Positions 27,937 to 39,245 of a stretch of DNA of 57,321 nucleotides are shown piece after piece. Numbering within the stretch: the stretch's first letter is position 1; each line of letters begins with the position of its first letter. A program made the translations under genes and the position numbers. This DNA comes from a virus (taxonomy: Duplodnaviria > Caudoviricetes): positions 1 to 57,321 of the IMG/VR virus record IMGVR_UViG_3300030012_004641. One strand, given 5' to 3'. The notes beneath the pieces were generated by a model. That model did not search any database. It was not told the origin of the DNA and saw nothing but the letters and a program-made list of their open reading frames with translations.

Positions 27937-28141
27937 CCTTAGGTAAGAATTCTTTATTTACATGACCACACTTAGCACAAGCGTATACGGGAATGGGAAT
28001 TAATGCTGGTTGTCCAGTAGGTGAAAGCATAGGGGATAATTTACGCATTAACGATACCTCTGTAAAGTGTTCGTGTCCACATTCTTCGCAGACTATAGAT
28101 GTAGTTTGACTAAAGTCAATATTAAAATTTTGTTGTTGCAT
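27923..28141 (-). CDS. small Zn-ribbon protein
   Basis: CEECG ... CAKCGH. Confidence 0.7.
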   Translation of the reverse strand: MQQQNFNIDFSQTTSIVCEECGHEHFTEVSLMRKLSPMLSPTGQPALIPIPVYACAKCGHVNKEFLPKDDAL

Positions 28142-28269
28142 TATTTATAAAAATTCTTCTTTATTGGCTTTTTAAATCGAAGCTTAGAATAACGATCATA
28201 TTTTTTATTGAACCACTTATACCATTCTTGGAATTGCTCGTAATTCTGTCTTTGTGAATTTACACTCAT
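28141..28269 (-). CDS. small basic protein (42 aa, not in ORF track)
   Basis: MSVNSQRQNYEQFQEWYKWFNKKYDRYSKLRFKKPIKKNFYK; overlaps both neighbours. Confidence 0.55.
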   Translation of the reverse strand: MSVNSQRQNYEQFQEWYKWFNKKYDRYSKLRFKKPIKKNFYK

Positions 28270-29155
28270 AACTTTAATAATTTATTTAACATTGCAGCGA
28301 TACAGATTTCTTTATCTACTACAAACGAATACTCATATTGGTATTGAGCTATAATAACAATCGCATCGCCTATGTTTATAGTATATTCTTCTACATTATC
28401 GTAGAGGCACCTAAATAGGGATTCAAACTGTGTAGCACCACTGTCAGCGATGGTTTGTCTGATTTCTTTTAGGTTAATTTTATTTTTTAGACCTTGAACA
28501 ACTTTATTTTCAAACTCTGTATTTACAAGAGATTTCGAATCAAGTATAATTTCCTTATTTTTGAGACTACCCTGAACAGTATTTAATATTTTTCGAATAT
28601 CAGGATAGTGAGTAAGGATAATTTGTCCTAGGTCTTCTTTTGTGTATTTAATCCCCTCTTGATCACAAATTTGAAGAATGTGTTGACCAACTTCTTTTTT
28701 AGACGGGGGAATAATCCCAAAAGCCATACAACGAGACTGAAGGGGAGAAATAATACGATCAAGGTAATTACAAGTAAGAATGAACCTGCAGGATGCGCTG
28801 AAACTTTCCATAACGTTTCGTAGAGTTGCCTGAGCTTGCGCTGTAAGATAATCTGACTCATCTAATATAACTACTTTTAATCCATTAAATCCAATACTGG
28901 AAGCAAATGGGATGATTTTTTCTCTAATTGTATCAATCCCCCTTTCGTCAGAAGCATTGATATAAAGATGGTCAGCCTCTAGTTGCTTTACTATTAGTTT
29001 GGCCAGCGAGGTTTTTCCTGTCCCCGCTGGACCAAACAATAGTAAATTTTGTAGAGTGCCTTCTTTAAGGTACTCTTGGACTTTTTCACGAACAGTATTG
29101 TCGCCAATAAATCCTTCGAGTGATTGTGGTCTATATTTCTCTACAAATAAATCCA

Positions 29156-29156
<1 letters not shown>
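28266..29156 (-). CDS. clamp loader ATPase subunit (T4 gp44/RFC-small-like)
   Basis: VEKYRP, GPAGTGKT, NASDERGID, LDESD, SRC motif. Confidence 0.95.
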
Positions 29157-30772
<1,616 letters not shown>

Positions 30773-31072
30773 TTATTGATTTACAACTCCTAAAATTTCT
30801 GATTCTGAGGCGAGTACATATTCTTCACCTTCTATTTCTACGGTATTTGCCCCGTATTTAGGCATAATAACTTTCTGTCCTACTTCTACTCGCACCGGAA
30901 CCAGATTGCCATTGTTGTCATAACGGCCTGGGCCTACAGCAAGTATGTTGCCAAAGTCAGGACGATCCTTACCCATATCAGGAACAACAATGTTCCCGTA
31001 GGTTGATTCTTCGGCTTCAATCGGTTGGATCAACACGCGATCAGCCAACGGTGTAATTGGGATATTCTCCAT
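30773..31072 (-). CDS. groES: co-chaperonin GroES
   Basis: PLADRVLI, AVGPG, KYG..V...GEEY...ESEILG. Confidence 0.95.
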   Translation of the reverse strand: MENIPITPLADRVLIQPIEAEESTYGNIVVPDMGKDRPDFGNILAVGPGRYDNNGNLVPVRVEVGQKVIMPKYGANTVEIEGEEYVLASESEILGVVNQ

Positions 31073-31074
31073 TT

Positions 31075-31803
31075 TTATTGATTTTGATTTCTTACAAGAT
31101 AATAATTACTTTCTAGGTCTCCAAATTTAAATATAAAAGACATTAATCCTTTTGGATTTATATCCATCCAACCTAATTCAAAGCGTTTATTATGTTTAAA
31201 TATTTCTTTAACTAAATCTGCATTAAAAGGTATATTGTCTAATTTTACTTCAGCACTACCATCCTCTATATGAGCAGCAAATGATACTGAATTAGACGTA
31301 CTATTTCCTATGGTGAATTTTACTTCAGGTGAAGTAAACCCATCTTGGGTAGAAACATAAAACACTTCTTCGCCCACTGCGTCTTTAGATTTAATAAAAC
31401 GTGTAGTAAATTCTTCAGTTAATTCCACATGAATATTACCTTCTGTTTTATTAATGGAAGGAACATTAGGAATAACTTGTGGATCAGCAAGATTAAATGA
31501 TAAATCCATTGCTGTGTCACCTACTTTAAATCTAGCAGGTGTACCACCTTCTTTTTGTACTTCAAACATAACTTCATTCTCAAGGATTCCTAACATTTTA
31601 CTTAAAGTAGATGTGCTATAAATTCCAAATTCGCCTATAGGGAATTGGAAATTTTTAGATACTACACTACCTACTAGGTTTTGAGAATCATTTATAAAGT
31701 CTGCTTTAAGGGATTCCTTATCAGAAACCCACTTAACTCTTTCAATAGTACCACCTAAGTGATATTTTAAAATAAATTGGTCTATAACTCTTTTATCTGT
31801 CAT
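31075..31803 (-). CDS. DNA polymerase sliding clamp (T4 gp45-like)
   Basis: EFGIY..L motif, ~240 aa, located between the polymerase and the clamp loader. Confidence 0.75.
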   Translation of the reverse strand: MTDKRVIDQFILKYHLGGTIERVKWVSDKESLKADFINDSQNLVGSVVSKNFQFPIGEFGIYSTSTLSKMLGILENEVMFEVQKEGGTPARFKVGDTAMDLSFNLADPQVIPNVPSINKTEGNIHVELTEEFTTRFIKSKDAVGEEVFYVSTQDGFTSPEVKFTIGNSTSNSVSFAAHIEDGSAEVKLDNIPFNADLVKEIFKHNKRFELGWMDINPKGLMSFIFKFGDLESNYYLVRNQNQ

Positions 31804-32729
31804 TAGAATGAAAAAAATGTGTTAACATGTGTATTGAGTGTCAAATTACCCCAATCAAGGTCTTTGTAAAATGACTCTAGTTTATTTTTAAGGATTGAAT
31901 CAAAGGCTTTTTCTCTGTCAATATACATTTTTATGAATTTACGGATTTCTTCTGGAAAATCAAAATCCAAAAACGCCATTGTGTCAATCTTATAAGGATT
32001 ATCTTTTAGATAAACCCATTTAATTTTATCGCCCTGAACGATTTGTGAGTGTTTCTTATCTAGGCCCTTAAATTTAAGGAAATCATTATAACGAACAGCT
32101 GCTTTAACGTTTACGGGGGCTCCTGTTTTAAGTGTAGTAAATATGTTTCCCGCGCCTGGGGGACGCTCAATATACTTTTTTATGTCTTTTACTCCTGTTG
32201 GTTTACCAAGCATTTCGAGTGGTAGGGTATCTAGACTATTTTTAAATTCTAGAATTTCCTGATCGATTTCATTTCTTGTAGCGCCAAATAGGATTTTATT
32301 AAGTATTTCGTTAAAAAACTTTTTAAACAATGGTGGAAAATTTGATTTCATAAAATCAAGTCCCTTAACGTCAATATCTTCTACTTTAATACCTTCTTTT
32401 TTTGTGATATACTGAGCGTATCTTCTTTTACCAGAAAAAAAACCTGAACGGATAGTACATTCTGTTTTCATTTCAAGTCTGTGTTCTTGAATGTTGAATG
32501 CATCTCTAGCCAATGTATCGTAATATTCTGTGATTAAATCCTGGTATTTAAGGGCCATTTTTTCAAGCAGATTGTCTTTTTTACCCTCATCCATTTCGTT
32601 AAAATCAGGATATAAATGTCTGAGTAGTGGCTCAGCGTGGAAATAGTTTGAATCAGTATCTACATAAGTGCAGAAGTTTTTATCCTCTGATTTACAGATC
32701 CACCATGGTACTTCTTCTTGATTACTCAT
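31803..32729 (-). CDS. family B DNA polymerase, C-terminal subunit
   Basis: motif C YVDTDS, KRRYA, KGL; ends in a clamp-binding-like VNTFFSF. Confidence 0.9.
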   Translation of the reverse strand: MSNQEEVPWWICKSEDKNFCTYVDTDSNYFHAEPLLRHLYPDFNEMDEGKKDNLLEKMALKYQDLITEYYDTLARDAFNIQEHRLEMKTECTIRSGFFSGKRRYAQYITKKEGIKVEDIDVKGLDFMKSNFPPLFKKFFNEILNKILFGATRNEIDQEILEFKNSLDTLPLEMLGKPTGVKDIKKYIERPPGAGNIFTTLKTGAPVNVKAAVRYNDFLKFKGLDKKHSQIVQGDKIKWVYLKDNPYKIDTMAFLDFDFPEEIRKFIKMYIDREKAFDSILKNKLESFYKDLDWGNLTLNTHVNTFFSF

Positions 32730-34441
32730 AATTCTAATTTTAATTCGCCTCGTAATACTTTATTCATGTGTGTATTTGCAAATAAAGCTGATTCTTGAAT
32801 AATTCGCTGACCCGTAAGTGTAATACCTTCGGATAAAATAACACTACCATATCTAAAACTTGGTAGAGCGGTTGCACCATAAAGTGAGTTAAGCAAGATT
32901 TTCATAGTGTATTGTTTTAAATGATTTAATTCACCTTCTTTTTTATTACCACTTTTATAAGCCGTTTTCATTGCTTTTTTATATCTAACTCGTTCATCAA
33001 ACCAAGTATCAAGTATAACAGATAGTGCTGATTTTTTATCAGTTCTAAACATAACACCATTTGCTGTAACAGCAAGGTTATGGGTTTTGATTTTATCTAC
33101 TATGTCCTTAACGGGCACATATTGTTGTTTACGTTGTAGATTTTCAACAGGTACTGTTTTTTCGGGGTCCTCGGCGACCATAGCTTCTAAATCGTTTAAA
33201 CCCAATCTATTATTTCTATCATCAAATAAATCTAACACTCTACCAACATATGTTTCTTTACCAATGTTAAGAGACATAATGATCGAAGGATATAGTGATG
33301 TAAGATCTTCATCAAACATATAGTTGTAAATACCTGTTTTAGGGCAGAATAGATAACCGCCAGCATAATTTTTCTTTGTTAGTGGGTTTAAATCCTTATT
33401 AGGTGGAATAATATTTTGGGATAATAACCAACCAGAAATAGCTCCATCTTGAATTTTAGAAGATAAATATACTTCTTCATATAATACTTTTCCTTTATGA
33501 GCAAGATTTTTAGTTAAGTCAATATACTGGAATTTTTCATCTAGCTTTTTAAGAATTAAAACATCAACAAAGTTATATTCAATAAATTTTTCTTTATCCT
33601 CGGTAAATAATCTATCAAGTGACCCTTCATATTCAATTTTCTTCTGATCTACATATTTTTCACCTAATGCATCTAACTTAAATGATGGTTCGTCTTTAAA
33701 ACTATACTTTTTATGCAAACGCATATAATCAAGAGAACTAACCCCTGCAATTTTAATAGGTACATCTTCATTCCATGTTTGTTCCTCTATAATATTAATA
33801 GGTGAAAGACGTTTTGCTGTACGGTCACCCATAGTATTTTTAATTCTGTAGTAGAGATATGGAATATCGAAATAATCACTATTATAACCCACAAGGATAT
33901 CAGGTTGTATTTCTTCCATCATCCTAATGAATAGATCTAATAAATCTGTTTCTCGTTTTACAGGGATTACTTCTCGTCCTTGTTTATCAACTGTTTGTTC
34001 AAGTTTTCCTTCTTTATCTACAATGATGATTTTCCAATCGTCTAATTGACGATCCCACCATGCGATTGAGGTAACTGGTTTAGGTGCTTGTTTAATATAG
34101 TCTGGAGTCAAGGCACCCCCCATTTCAATCTCAATATCGAAAAATACTTCCCTGTGGGTAACAGAAGGAGTATCATCATCACCATACTTATCAAGTAAGA
34201 ATTTAGTATGGATGTTTCCTTTAGTATGGTCAGAGTAGTGCATATGGGGATTTTCTCTATCCCAGTTAAATACTTTTTTAAGATTTTCTCCCTTTAGACC
34301 TTTATGGGTCGCTTGGGATTCAGGACACTCTTGATAACCATAATTTTGGAACTCTTCTTGAAGATACCCTTCGTCAGTCCATAGGTGTATCCGGTAATGA
34401 TTCCACTCATCACCTCTTTGAACATAACAATTTTTATACAT
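32726..34441 (-). CDS. family B DNA polymerase, N-terminal subunit (3'-5' exonuclease plus motifs A and B)
   Basis: FDIE, GYNSDYFD, YNFVD exo motifs; DLTSLYPS; KILLNSLYG. Confidence 0.92.
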   Translation of the reverse strand: MYKNCYVQRGDEWNHYRIHLWTDEGYLQEEFQNYGYQECPESQATHKGLKGENLKKVFNWDRENPHMHYSDHTKGNIHTKFLLDKYGDDDTPSVTHREVFFDIEIEMGGALTPDYIKQAPKPVTSIAWWDRQLDDWKIIIVDKEGKLEQTVDKQGREVIPVKRETDLLDLFIRMMEEIQPDILVGYNSDYFDIPYLYYRIKNTMGDRTAKRLSPINIIEEQTWNEDVPIKIAGVSSLDYMRLHKKYSFKDEPSFKLDALGEKYVDQKKIEYEGSLDRLFTEDKEKFIEYNFVDVLILKKLDEKFQYIDLTKNLAHKGKVLYEEVYLSSKIQDGAISGWLLSQNIIPPNKDLNPLTKKNYAGGYLFCPKTGIYNYMFDEDLTSLYPSIIMSLNIGKETYVGRVLDLFDDRNNRLGLNDLEAMVAEDPEKTVPVENLQRKQQYVPVKDIVDKIKTHNLAVTANGVMFRTDKKSALSVILDTWFDERVRYKKAMKTAYKSGNKKEGELNHLKQYTMKILLNSLYGATALPSFRYGSVILSEGITLTGQRIIQESALFANTHMNKVLRGELKLEL

Positions 34442-34692
34442 TAACCTTGATTATATAGGTCAATATATGCATTCTTTGGGTTAAGGCCAAGTTTCCTTCC
34501 CCTTTCTACATTATCTACTTGTAAAACAACAGTTGGAACATTTCTAACATTAAATGATTGACAGATCTCTGGATTAGAGTCTACATCGATTTTTTGGACT
34601 GTGTATCCTTCTGCTTTAAGTTCATCCATAATAGGACTTAACTGCTTACATGGCCCACACCAAGGGGCACTAAAATATAAAAACTTTTTCAT
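34441..34692 (-). CDS. thioredoxin
   Basis: WCGPC active site. Confidence 0.92.
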   Translation of the reverse strand: MKKFLYFSAPWCGPCKQLSPIMDELKAEGYTVQKIDVDSNPEICQSFNVRNVPTVVLQVDNVERGRKLGLNPKNAYIDLYNQG

Positions 34693-34856
34693 ACTAATTC
34701 TTCCATTATACCTACTACCTCACTAATAACAAGTAGAGCAGCAGCCCCGATTAAACTATATGGCAGGAAACAATAACCTACAATTCTAATTCCAGATTTA
34801 ATAAATGAGAGTCGTTGGTGTTGTTCCGGATCAGGAATTCTTTCTAACTTTTGCAT
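34689..34856 (-). CDS. small membrane protein (55 aa, not in ORF track)
   Basis: MQKLERIPDPEQHQRLSFIKSGIRIVGYCFLPYSLIGAAALLVISEVVGIMEELV; ATGA overlap with thioredoxin. Confidence 0.6.
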   Translation of the reverse strand: MQKLERIPDPEQHQRLSFIKSGIRIVGYCFLPYSLIGAAALLVISEVVGIMEELV

Positions 34857-34935
34857 TTTTTATAACTTTTTTAATCCATCCCCAGCTACTAGTTATAGCA
34901 GCTATTAATAATAATAAATAACAATGAGGACACAT
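34831..34935 (-). CDS. small CxxC peptide (34 aa, not in ORF track)
   Basis: MCPHCYLLLLIAAITSSWGWIKKVIKNAKVRKNS; TAATG overlap with the upstream gene. Confidence 0.45.
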   Translation of the reverse strand: MCPHCYLLLLIAAITSSWGWIKKVIKNAKVRKNS

Positions 34936-35468
34936 TATTGGTTTAATTCTTTTTTAGTAAAAAATTGTTTAAGATCAGGACGGAAATAATTAATATTTTT
35001 CATAACCTTCTTATCACGTGATCTGTATACAATATATTTATCACCACACTTTTCATAGTGGCACGGTTCTTTTTGTTCGACTGATCTGATGGCAACTGTT
35101 TCTTTAGCTTCTTCCTCAGTTGAACAAGCCTTTGATAGGTTTGATGCTTGGACCTCTTGATAGGCTGGCCAAATTTTATCTTTAAGACCATGTAGCATAG
35201 TTCCGTTCCCCAAGGAAACGTAAGCAATGTCGCACAGAGCGTCCAAAATTTCGACGATGTCTCCGCGTTCACACGCTTCTCGATATTCCTCAAGCTCTTC
35301 CAATACGAAGTTGTAGACAAACTCCCATTCTTTTTTTTCGGGTATTGTGGGTTCATAGTTATTAGGTTTATTCATTAATCTATTAAACTCCTCTACCTCA
35401 TCCACGAAGGGTACGTCTGTTTTTTTACCTTCTAGGTCGGTATATACCTGTCCATGTTTACTCATCAT
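34935..35468 (-). CDS. MazG-like / PRA-PH all-alpha NTP pyrophosphohydrolase
   Basis: EELEEY...DALCD..Y...EVQASNLSK...KVMK...PDL. Confidence 0.85.
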   Translation of the reverse strand: MMSKHGQVYTDLEGKKTDVPFVDEVEEFNRLMNKPNNYEPTIPEKKEWEFVYNFVLEELEEYREACERGDIVEILDALCDIAYVSLGNGTMLHGLKDKIWPAYQEVQASNLSKACSTEEEAKETVAIRSVEQKEPCHYEKCGDKYIVYRSRDKKVMKNINYFRPDLKQFFTKKELNQ

Positions 35469-35665
35469 TCTATAACTTTTACAATTTTAATTTGCTTTAA
35501 CTGATCAACATGCCAATCATAGGGGTACGATGAATATTCTTCAGTTAATTTTACTTCTGCGTCAGTTGCGTTTTCAGCGTTGACAATAAACTGTTCGTTG
35601 GTCCATCTAATAGCACCACGATTTGTTTCTTCTTCAATTTTTACTTTTGCTAGCCAATATGCCAT
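35465..35665 (-). CDS. DUF4494-like protein
   Basis: W.AKVK.E......G......EQFIV.A...TDAE pattern recalled from the Bacteroidota DUF4494 family. Confidence 0.6.
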   Translation of the reverse strand: MAYWLAKVKIEEETNRGAIRWTNEQFIVNAENATDAEVKLTEEYSSYPYDWHVDQLKQIKIVKVIE

Positions 35666-35792
35666 AACGATTATTTATTTTGATGATTGTGTATACCCCA
35701 GCTGCTAAAAAGCCAAGGTTAATTAAATGGGGGTGGGTGTATTCTCCACAAATCCCCAATATATGATATAAAAATTCTGTAAGTTCTTTCAT
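35634..35792 (-). CDS. small membrane protein (52 aa, not in ORF track)
   Basis: MKELTEFLYHILGICGEYTHPHLINLGFLAAGVYTIIK... Confidence 0.5.
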   Translation of the reverse strand: MKELTEFLYHILGICGEYTHPHLINLGFLAAGVYTIIKINNRYGILASKSKN

Positions 35793-35796
35793 GTTA

Positions 35797-36756
35797 TTAG
35801 TAGATTAAAGATTTCATGTCTGCAATAGAAACATGTTTATTAAAACCATGTTCTACCCCCTTAGTAATTACTGCGATTGCATCGTGTGAGTGGAGGCTTT
35901 CATTATGTGAAGCAATGATTTTAAAGTCTAAAACTCGTTCTTCAGCATCAAATTGTTCAAATAACAATCTAACAGCATCTTCTACAAACTTAGTATTTGC
36001 GGCATTCAATTCAGCAAATGCTTGTTCATCTTCTCTTTTAACAAATACTTGTGTTTCTGTTTTAAGTGCTTTAAGGCACATTTCTTGGATATCTTCAATC
36101 CAGATAAAGTCTTTTAATTTAAGTGAAATACGAGCAACTGAACGTTGTGAGTGAGGGGTTGCATATTGATTTCTTTCTTCAAGTGCATGTAAAGCAAGTT
36201 CAGTAGAACAAGGACATGTTGAAGAATATACATAATCAAAATGGATATATTTATTAAATTTACCGCTTTCTTTTAGTAACGATTCAAGTGTAACCTTGTA
36301 ATATTGCCAACCACCATTTTTATTACCTTCAGCATCTACAGAACGCATTGACTCTTGCCATAGTCTATAGTTGAAACTAATTTGGATATGAGCTCCGTAT
36401 GAGCCGAGGCGTTCTCTATATCCTAAAAGTACTTTTTCAAGTGTATCAAGTGAGAATGTTTCATCTTTGTACTCATAAAATGTTCTGATAATACGAGACA
36501 TATTAATACCTTTATTTACACCTTCAAGAGATACAGTGCCAATTACAGAAGCTTCAACTTCCATAATACCACCATTTTTCATTTGGATTTTAAGTGGTAA
36601 TCTAAAATTAGATATACCTACTCGTTCAATACCAACTTTAGATCCCTTAATAGTATCCCCATTTTGGAGGTCAGGCATTGATTTTAAATACTCCTTAGTA
36701 GGAGTAAATTCATAATCATACGTGTGATTAAATTTTTGTGTATCTATTACTTTCAT
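35797..36756 (-). CDS. folE2: GTP cyclohydrolase IB
   Basis: KGINMSR, STCPCS, PHSQRS, FVEDAVR, ESLHSHDA. Confidence 0.92.
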   Translation of the reverse strand: MKVIDTQKFNHTYDYEFTPTKEYLKSMPDLQNGDTIKGSKVGIERVGISNFRLPLKIQMKNGGIMEVEASVIGTVSLEGVNKGINMSRIIRTFYEYKDETFSLDTLEKVLLGYRERLGSYGAHIQISFNYRLWQESMRSVDAEGNKNGGWQYYKVTLESLLKESGKFNKYIHFDYVYSSTCPCSTELALHALEERNQYATPHSQRSVARISLKLKDFIWIEDIQEMCLKALKTETQVFVKREDEQAFAELNAANTKFVEDAVRLLFEQFDAEERVLDFKIIASHNESLHSHDAIAVITKGVEHGFNKHVSIADMKSLIY

Positions 36757-37265
36757 ATTGTATAAATAGTGCTTAAATTTCTGTTGTGTCCTTTGTCATC
36801 GTCCATACCATAACCAATATACCAAGGATCAAATATAGTATCGACATCTTGGTATAATATATGAAGGACCTTATCAAAATCCACACTTTCTTTGTAAATT
36901 GCCGCTACTGGAGTCATAGATTTAGGATCTTTAACTGAAAGGAATTTCATAACTGCTTTCATAGTATTTCCAGAATCAACAATATCATCTACAAGATAAA
37001 CGTGTTTGTTTTTGATTTTAGTTTCTAGGTCTTTAGATACAACCATATCACCTTGTTTTCTGCCATAATATGATTTACAGCGAATAAAATCAAGTTCAAC
37101 AGGTATAGTGATTTGTTTTACTAAATCGCTAAAAAACATAAATCCTCCATTTAGGATACATACCATTACTACCGGGGTAGGATCACCTCTGTGAGCATCG
37201 TTTATCTGTTTAGCTAAGATTTTAATCTTAATATCTAAGTCTTTTTCACTTATTGCCTTTTCCAT
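36753..37265 (-). CDS. hpt: hypoxanthine/guanine phosphoribosyltransferase
   Basis: ILNGGFMFFSDL, KSY, LVDDIVDSGNT, IGYGMD. Confidence 0.88.
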   Translation of the reverse strand: MEKAISEKDLDIKIKILAKQINDAHRGDPTPVVMVCILNGGFMFFSDLVKQITIPVELDFIRCKSYYGRKQGDMVVSKDLETKIKNKHVYLVDDIVDSGNTMKAVMKFLSVKDPKSMTPVAAIYKESVDFDKVLHILYQDVDTIFDPWYIGYGMDDDKGHNRNLSTIYTI

Positions 37266-37393
37266 CCTTCTTCTATAGTTGTTTTTAATTTATCTATTAA
37301 TTCTTCTACTTCATCCGGTTCCATAGTTACAGCACAACATATACAAACATTTTCTCTTATTTCTTCTAATATTTCAAGTGCTTGTTCTTTCAT
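37250..37393 (-). CDS. small hypothetical protein (47 aa, not in ORF track)
   Basis: MKEQALEILEEIRENVCICCAVTMEPDEVEELIDKLKTTIEEGWKRQ; TAATG overlap with queE. Confidence 0.5.
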   Translation of the reverse strand: MKEQALEILEEIRENVCICCAVTMEPDEVEELIDKLKTTIEEGWKRQ

Positions 37394-38166
37394 TATACTC
37401 CCCTTTCTGTACCATATGCTATAATATGATCACGTCCTGTCATATTGTAACCACGTTCCGCTACCATTTCAAATACTTTAGGATACATTTCGATTAATGT
37501 TGGTCTATCATCCCCCGCGGGCATAACAAATGTTTTATGTTTAGGGATATTCATTTTAATTCTGAATTCTTCTATTTCCTTTAGATTTTCATCTGTACCA
37601 TCCCATACAGGTTTAAAATGGTAATCTTTATGGTAATCTAAAGTTTTCCTAATGTTTTCATAATGTAATCTATGCCTATTATGAATTTTGACAAACCTTT
37701 CATCAACAATTTTACCACCGGGAGTAGTAATACCCACCCTAGGCACAGAATTAGAAAACTTAGGGCTAAGAGAAATGAGATCAATGGGATTATCAGTCTC
37801 AAGGAAATGGGATCCTTCGGTTTCAATTGTAACGAGGATTCCTCTTTCTTTGGCAAAATATGTAATTTCATTTACTAAGGCGGCGTGCATTGTAGGAGAC
37901 CCACCTGTAAGCATCATTTCTTTAACCTGTGGATTCTCGTCATAAATAGCGATTATATCATTAAAAGTAAAAGTACCTTTTTCAGGGTGAATACTTGTAT
38001 ACCAACTATCACACCAGCCGCCTTCTCCAAACCAACAACGGTGAGTGCACCCTGTAGTTCTAACTGCAATAGTGGGGCGCCCAAAACGGGAGCCCTCACT
38101 TTGTACACAACGATATACTTCTACTATTGGTAATACTTTATTATAATCTTCTATTCTTTTAAGCAT
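37393..38166 (-). CDS. queE: 7-carboxy-7-deazaguanine synthase (radical SAM)
   Basis: E...VQSEG, R..GC...C...CD, LTGG, IETEG, SLSPK; adjacent to queC. Confidence 0.85.
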   Translation of the reverse strand: MLKRIEDYNKVLPIVEVYRCVQSEGSRFGRPTIAVRTTGCTHRCWFGEGGWCDSWYTSIHPEKGTFTFNDIIAIYDENPQVKEMMLTGGSPTMHAALVNEITYFAKERGILVTIETEGSHFLETDNPIDLISLSPKFSNSVPRVGITTPGGKIVDERFVKIHNRHRLHYENIRKTLDYHKDYHFKPVWDGTDENLKEIEEFRIKMNIPKHKTFVMPAGDDRPTLIEMYPKVFEMVAERGYNMTGRDHIIAYGTERGV

Positions 38167-38995
38167 TTTCTAATACTTTTTCAACATGCTTTCGTACAAC
38201 GTCCCAACTGACAGGTCCAGATTCATCAGCGTATGATACTGGATCTGGGACTCCCACCTTAAGAAAAGCTTCAACCCTTTCAACCGATGAAGCTGATTTA
38301 TAATCGCTGTACCAAGTACCATCAAGATTAATGGGCTTATAAGAAGTATTTGTATTTCCATAAACTTCGTTAAATCCAAGACCCAACTTTTCGCAGCAAT
38401 CGAGTCCATCCTTGAGGATATCAAACTTATCACCATCAAGGTAAGGGGTAATATAGCGAACCCGCTCAGCGTCCCAATTACCTTCGGTGAAGGCTGTATA
38501 GTCAGCGTCCCTAAATTCTTGTCTACAGTCAGGGTAAATAGCATGATCACCCGCGTGAATACCCATAGCGATATCAACTTCTGTATCTTTTTCATTTGCA
38601 ATAGATAAGGCAACAGCCTGAATTAATGATGAGAAGATTTTATTACGATTAGGAACAACTGTTTCCTTCATATTTTCTTGTTCATAGTGACCTTCAGGTA
38701 CTTCATCTCCACCTTCTACAAGGGCACTGTTAAGCATAGGAGCTAAACCATCAAGTTTAATTACTCCATATTTTACTTTAGAGTACTTCTTGAATAAATT
38801 CCCATCTAAATTAGGTTGGATAGCATTTTCATTGATATAATCAACTAATGCTTGGGCTCTATCGAGTTCTACTCTATGTTTTTGCCCATAATCAAAAGAC
38901 AGTGCTGTCACTTCATAGCCTTTGGCGAGTAGATGAAGTAACACTGTGGAGCTGTCCATACCTCCACTTAGTGACAATACTGCTTGTTTATTCAT
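38159..38995 (-). CDS. queC: 7-cyano-7-deazaguanine synthase
   Basis: LSGGMDS, FDYGQKH..E, VPNRN, YPDCR.EF; ATG at 38995 preferred over the track start at 39052. Confidence 0.92.
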   Translation of the reverse strand: MNKQAVLSLSGGMDSSTVLLHLLAKGYEVTALSFDYGQKHRVELDRAQALVDYINENAIQPNLDGNLFKKYSKVKYGVIKLDGLAPMLNSALVEGGDEVPEGHYEQENMKETVVPNRNKIFSSLIQAVALSIANEKDTEVDIAMGIHAGDHAIYPDCRQEFRDADYTAFTEGNWDAERVRYITPYLDGDKFDILKDGLDCCEKLGLGFNEVYGNTNTSYKPINLDGTWYSDYKSASSVERVEAFLKVGVPDPVSYADESGPVSWDVVRKHVEKVLENA

Positions 38996-39245
38996 ATTCT
39001 CCGTATAAATTATAAGTTTTAGGTTGAGGCGGCTCAGGTGGTGCAATTTCATTTTCTGTGTAAATATACACTTTACCTTCGCCTGCTTTAACTACGTAAT
39101 CGCGTTCTTTTGTATTTTGAAATACCCATTCTATACCTTCAGTTAAAGATGATAATAATGGTTGTTCAGCGTCAACTGGTGTCCAACGATCACCAGGAGG
39201 AAATCGCTTAAGTACTGGTTTTAATATAACGTCTTTTTCAGCCAT
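38988..39245 (-). CDS. hypothetical protein
   Basis: 85 aa ORF overlapping its neighbours. Confidence 0.6.
   Translation of the reverse strand: MAEKDVILKPVLKRFPPGDRWTPVDAEQPLLSSLTEGIEWVFQNTKERDYVVKAGEGKVYIYTENEIAPPEPPQPKTYNLYGEYE

Noticed and set aside
32700-32760. Intron, intein or programmed frameshift at the PolB split
   Set aside because: No intervening sequence and no X XXY YYZ slippery site; the clean ATGA overlap suggests translational coupling.
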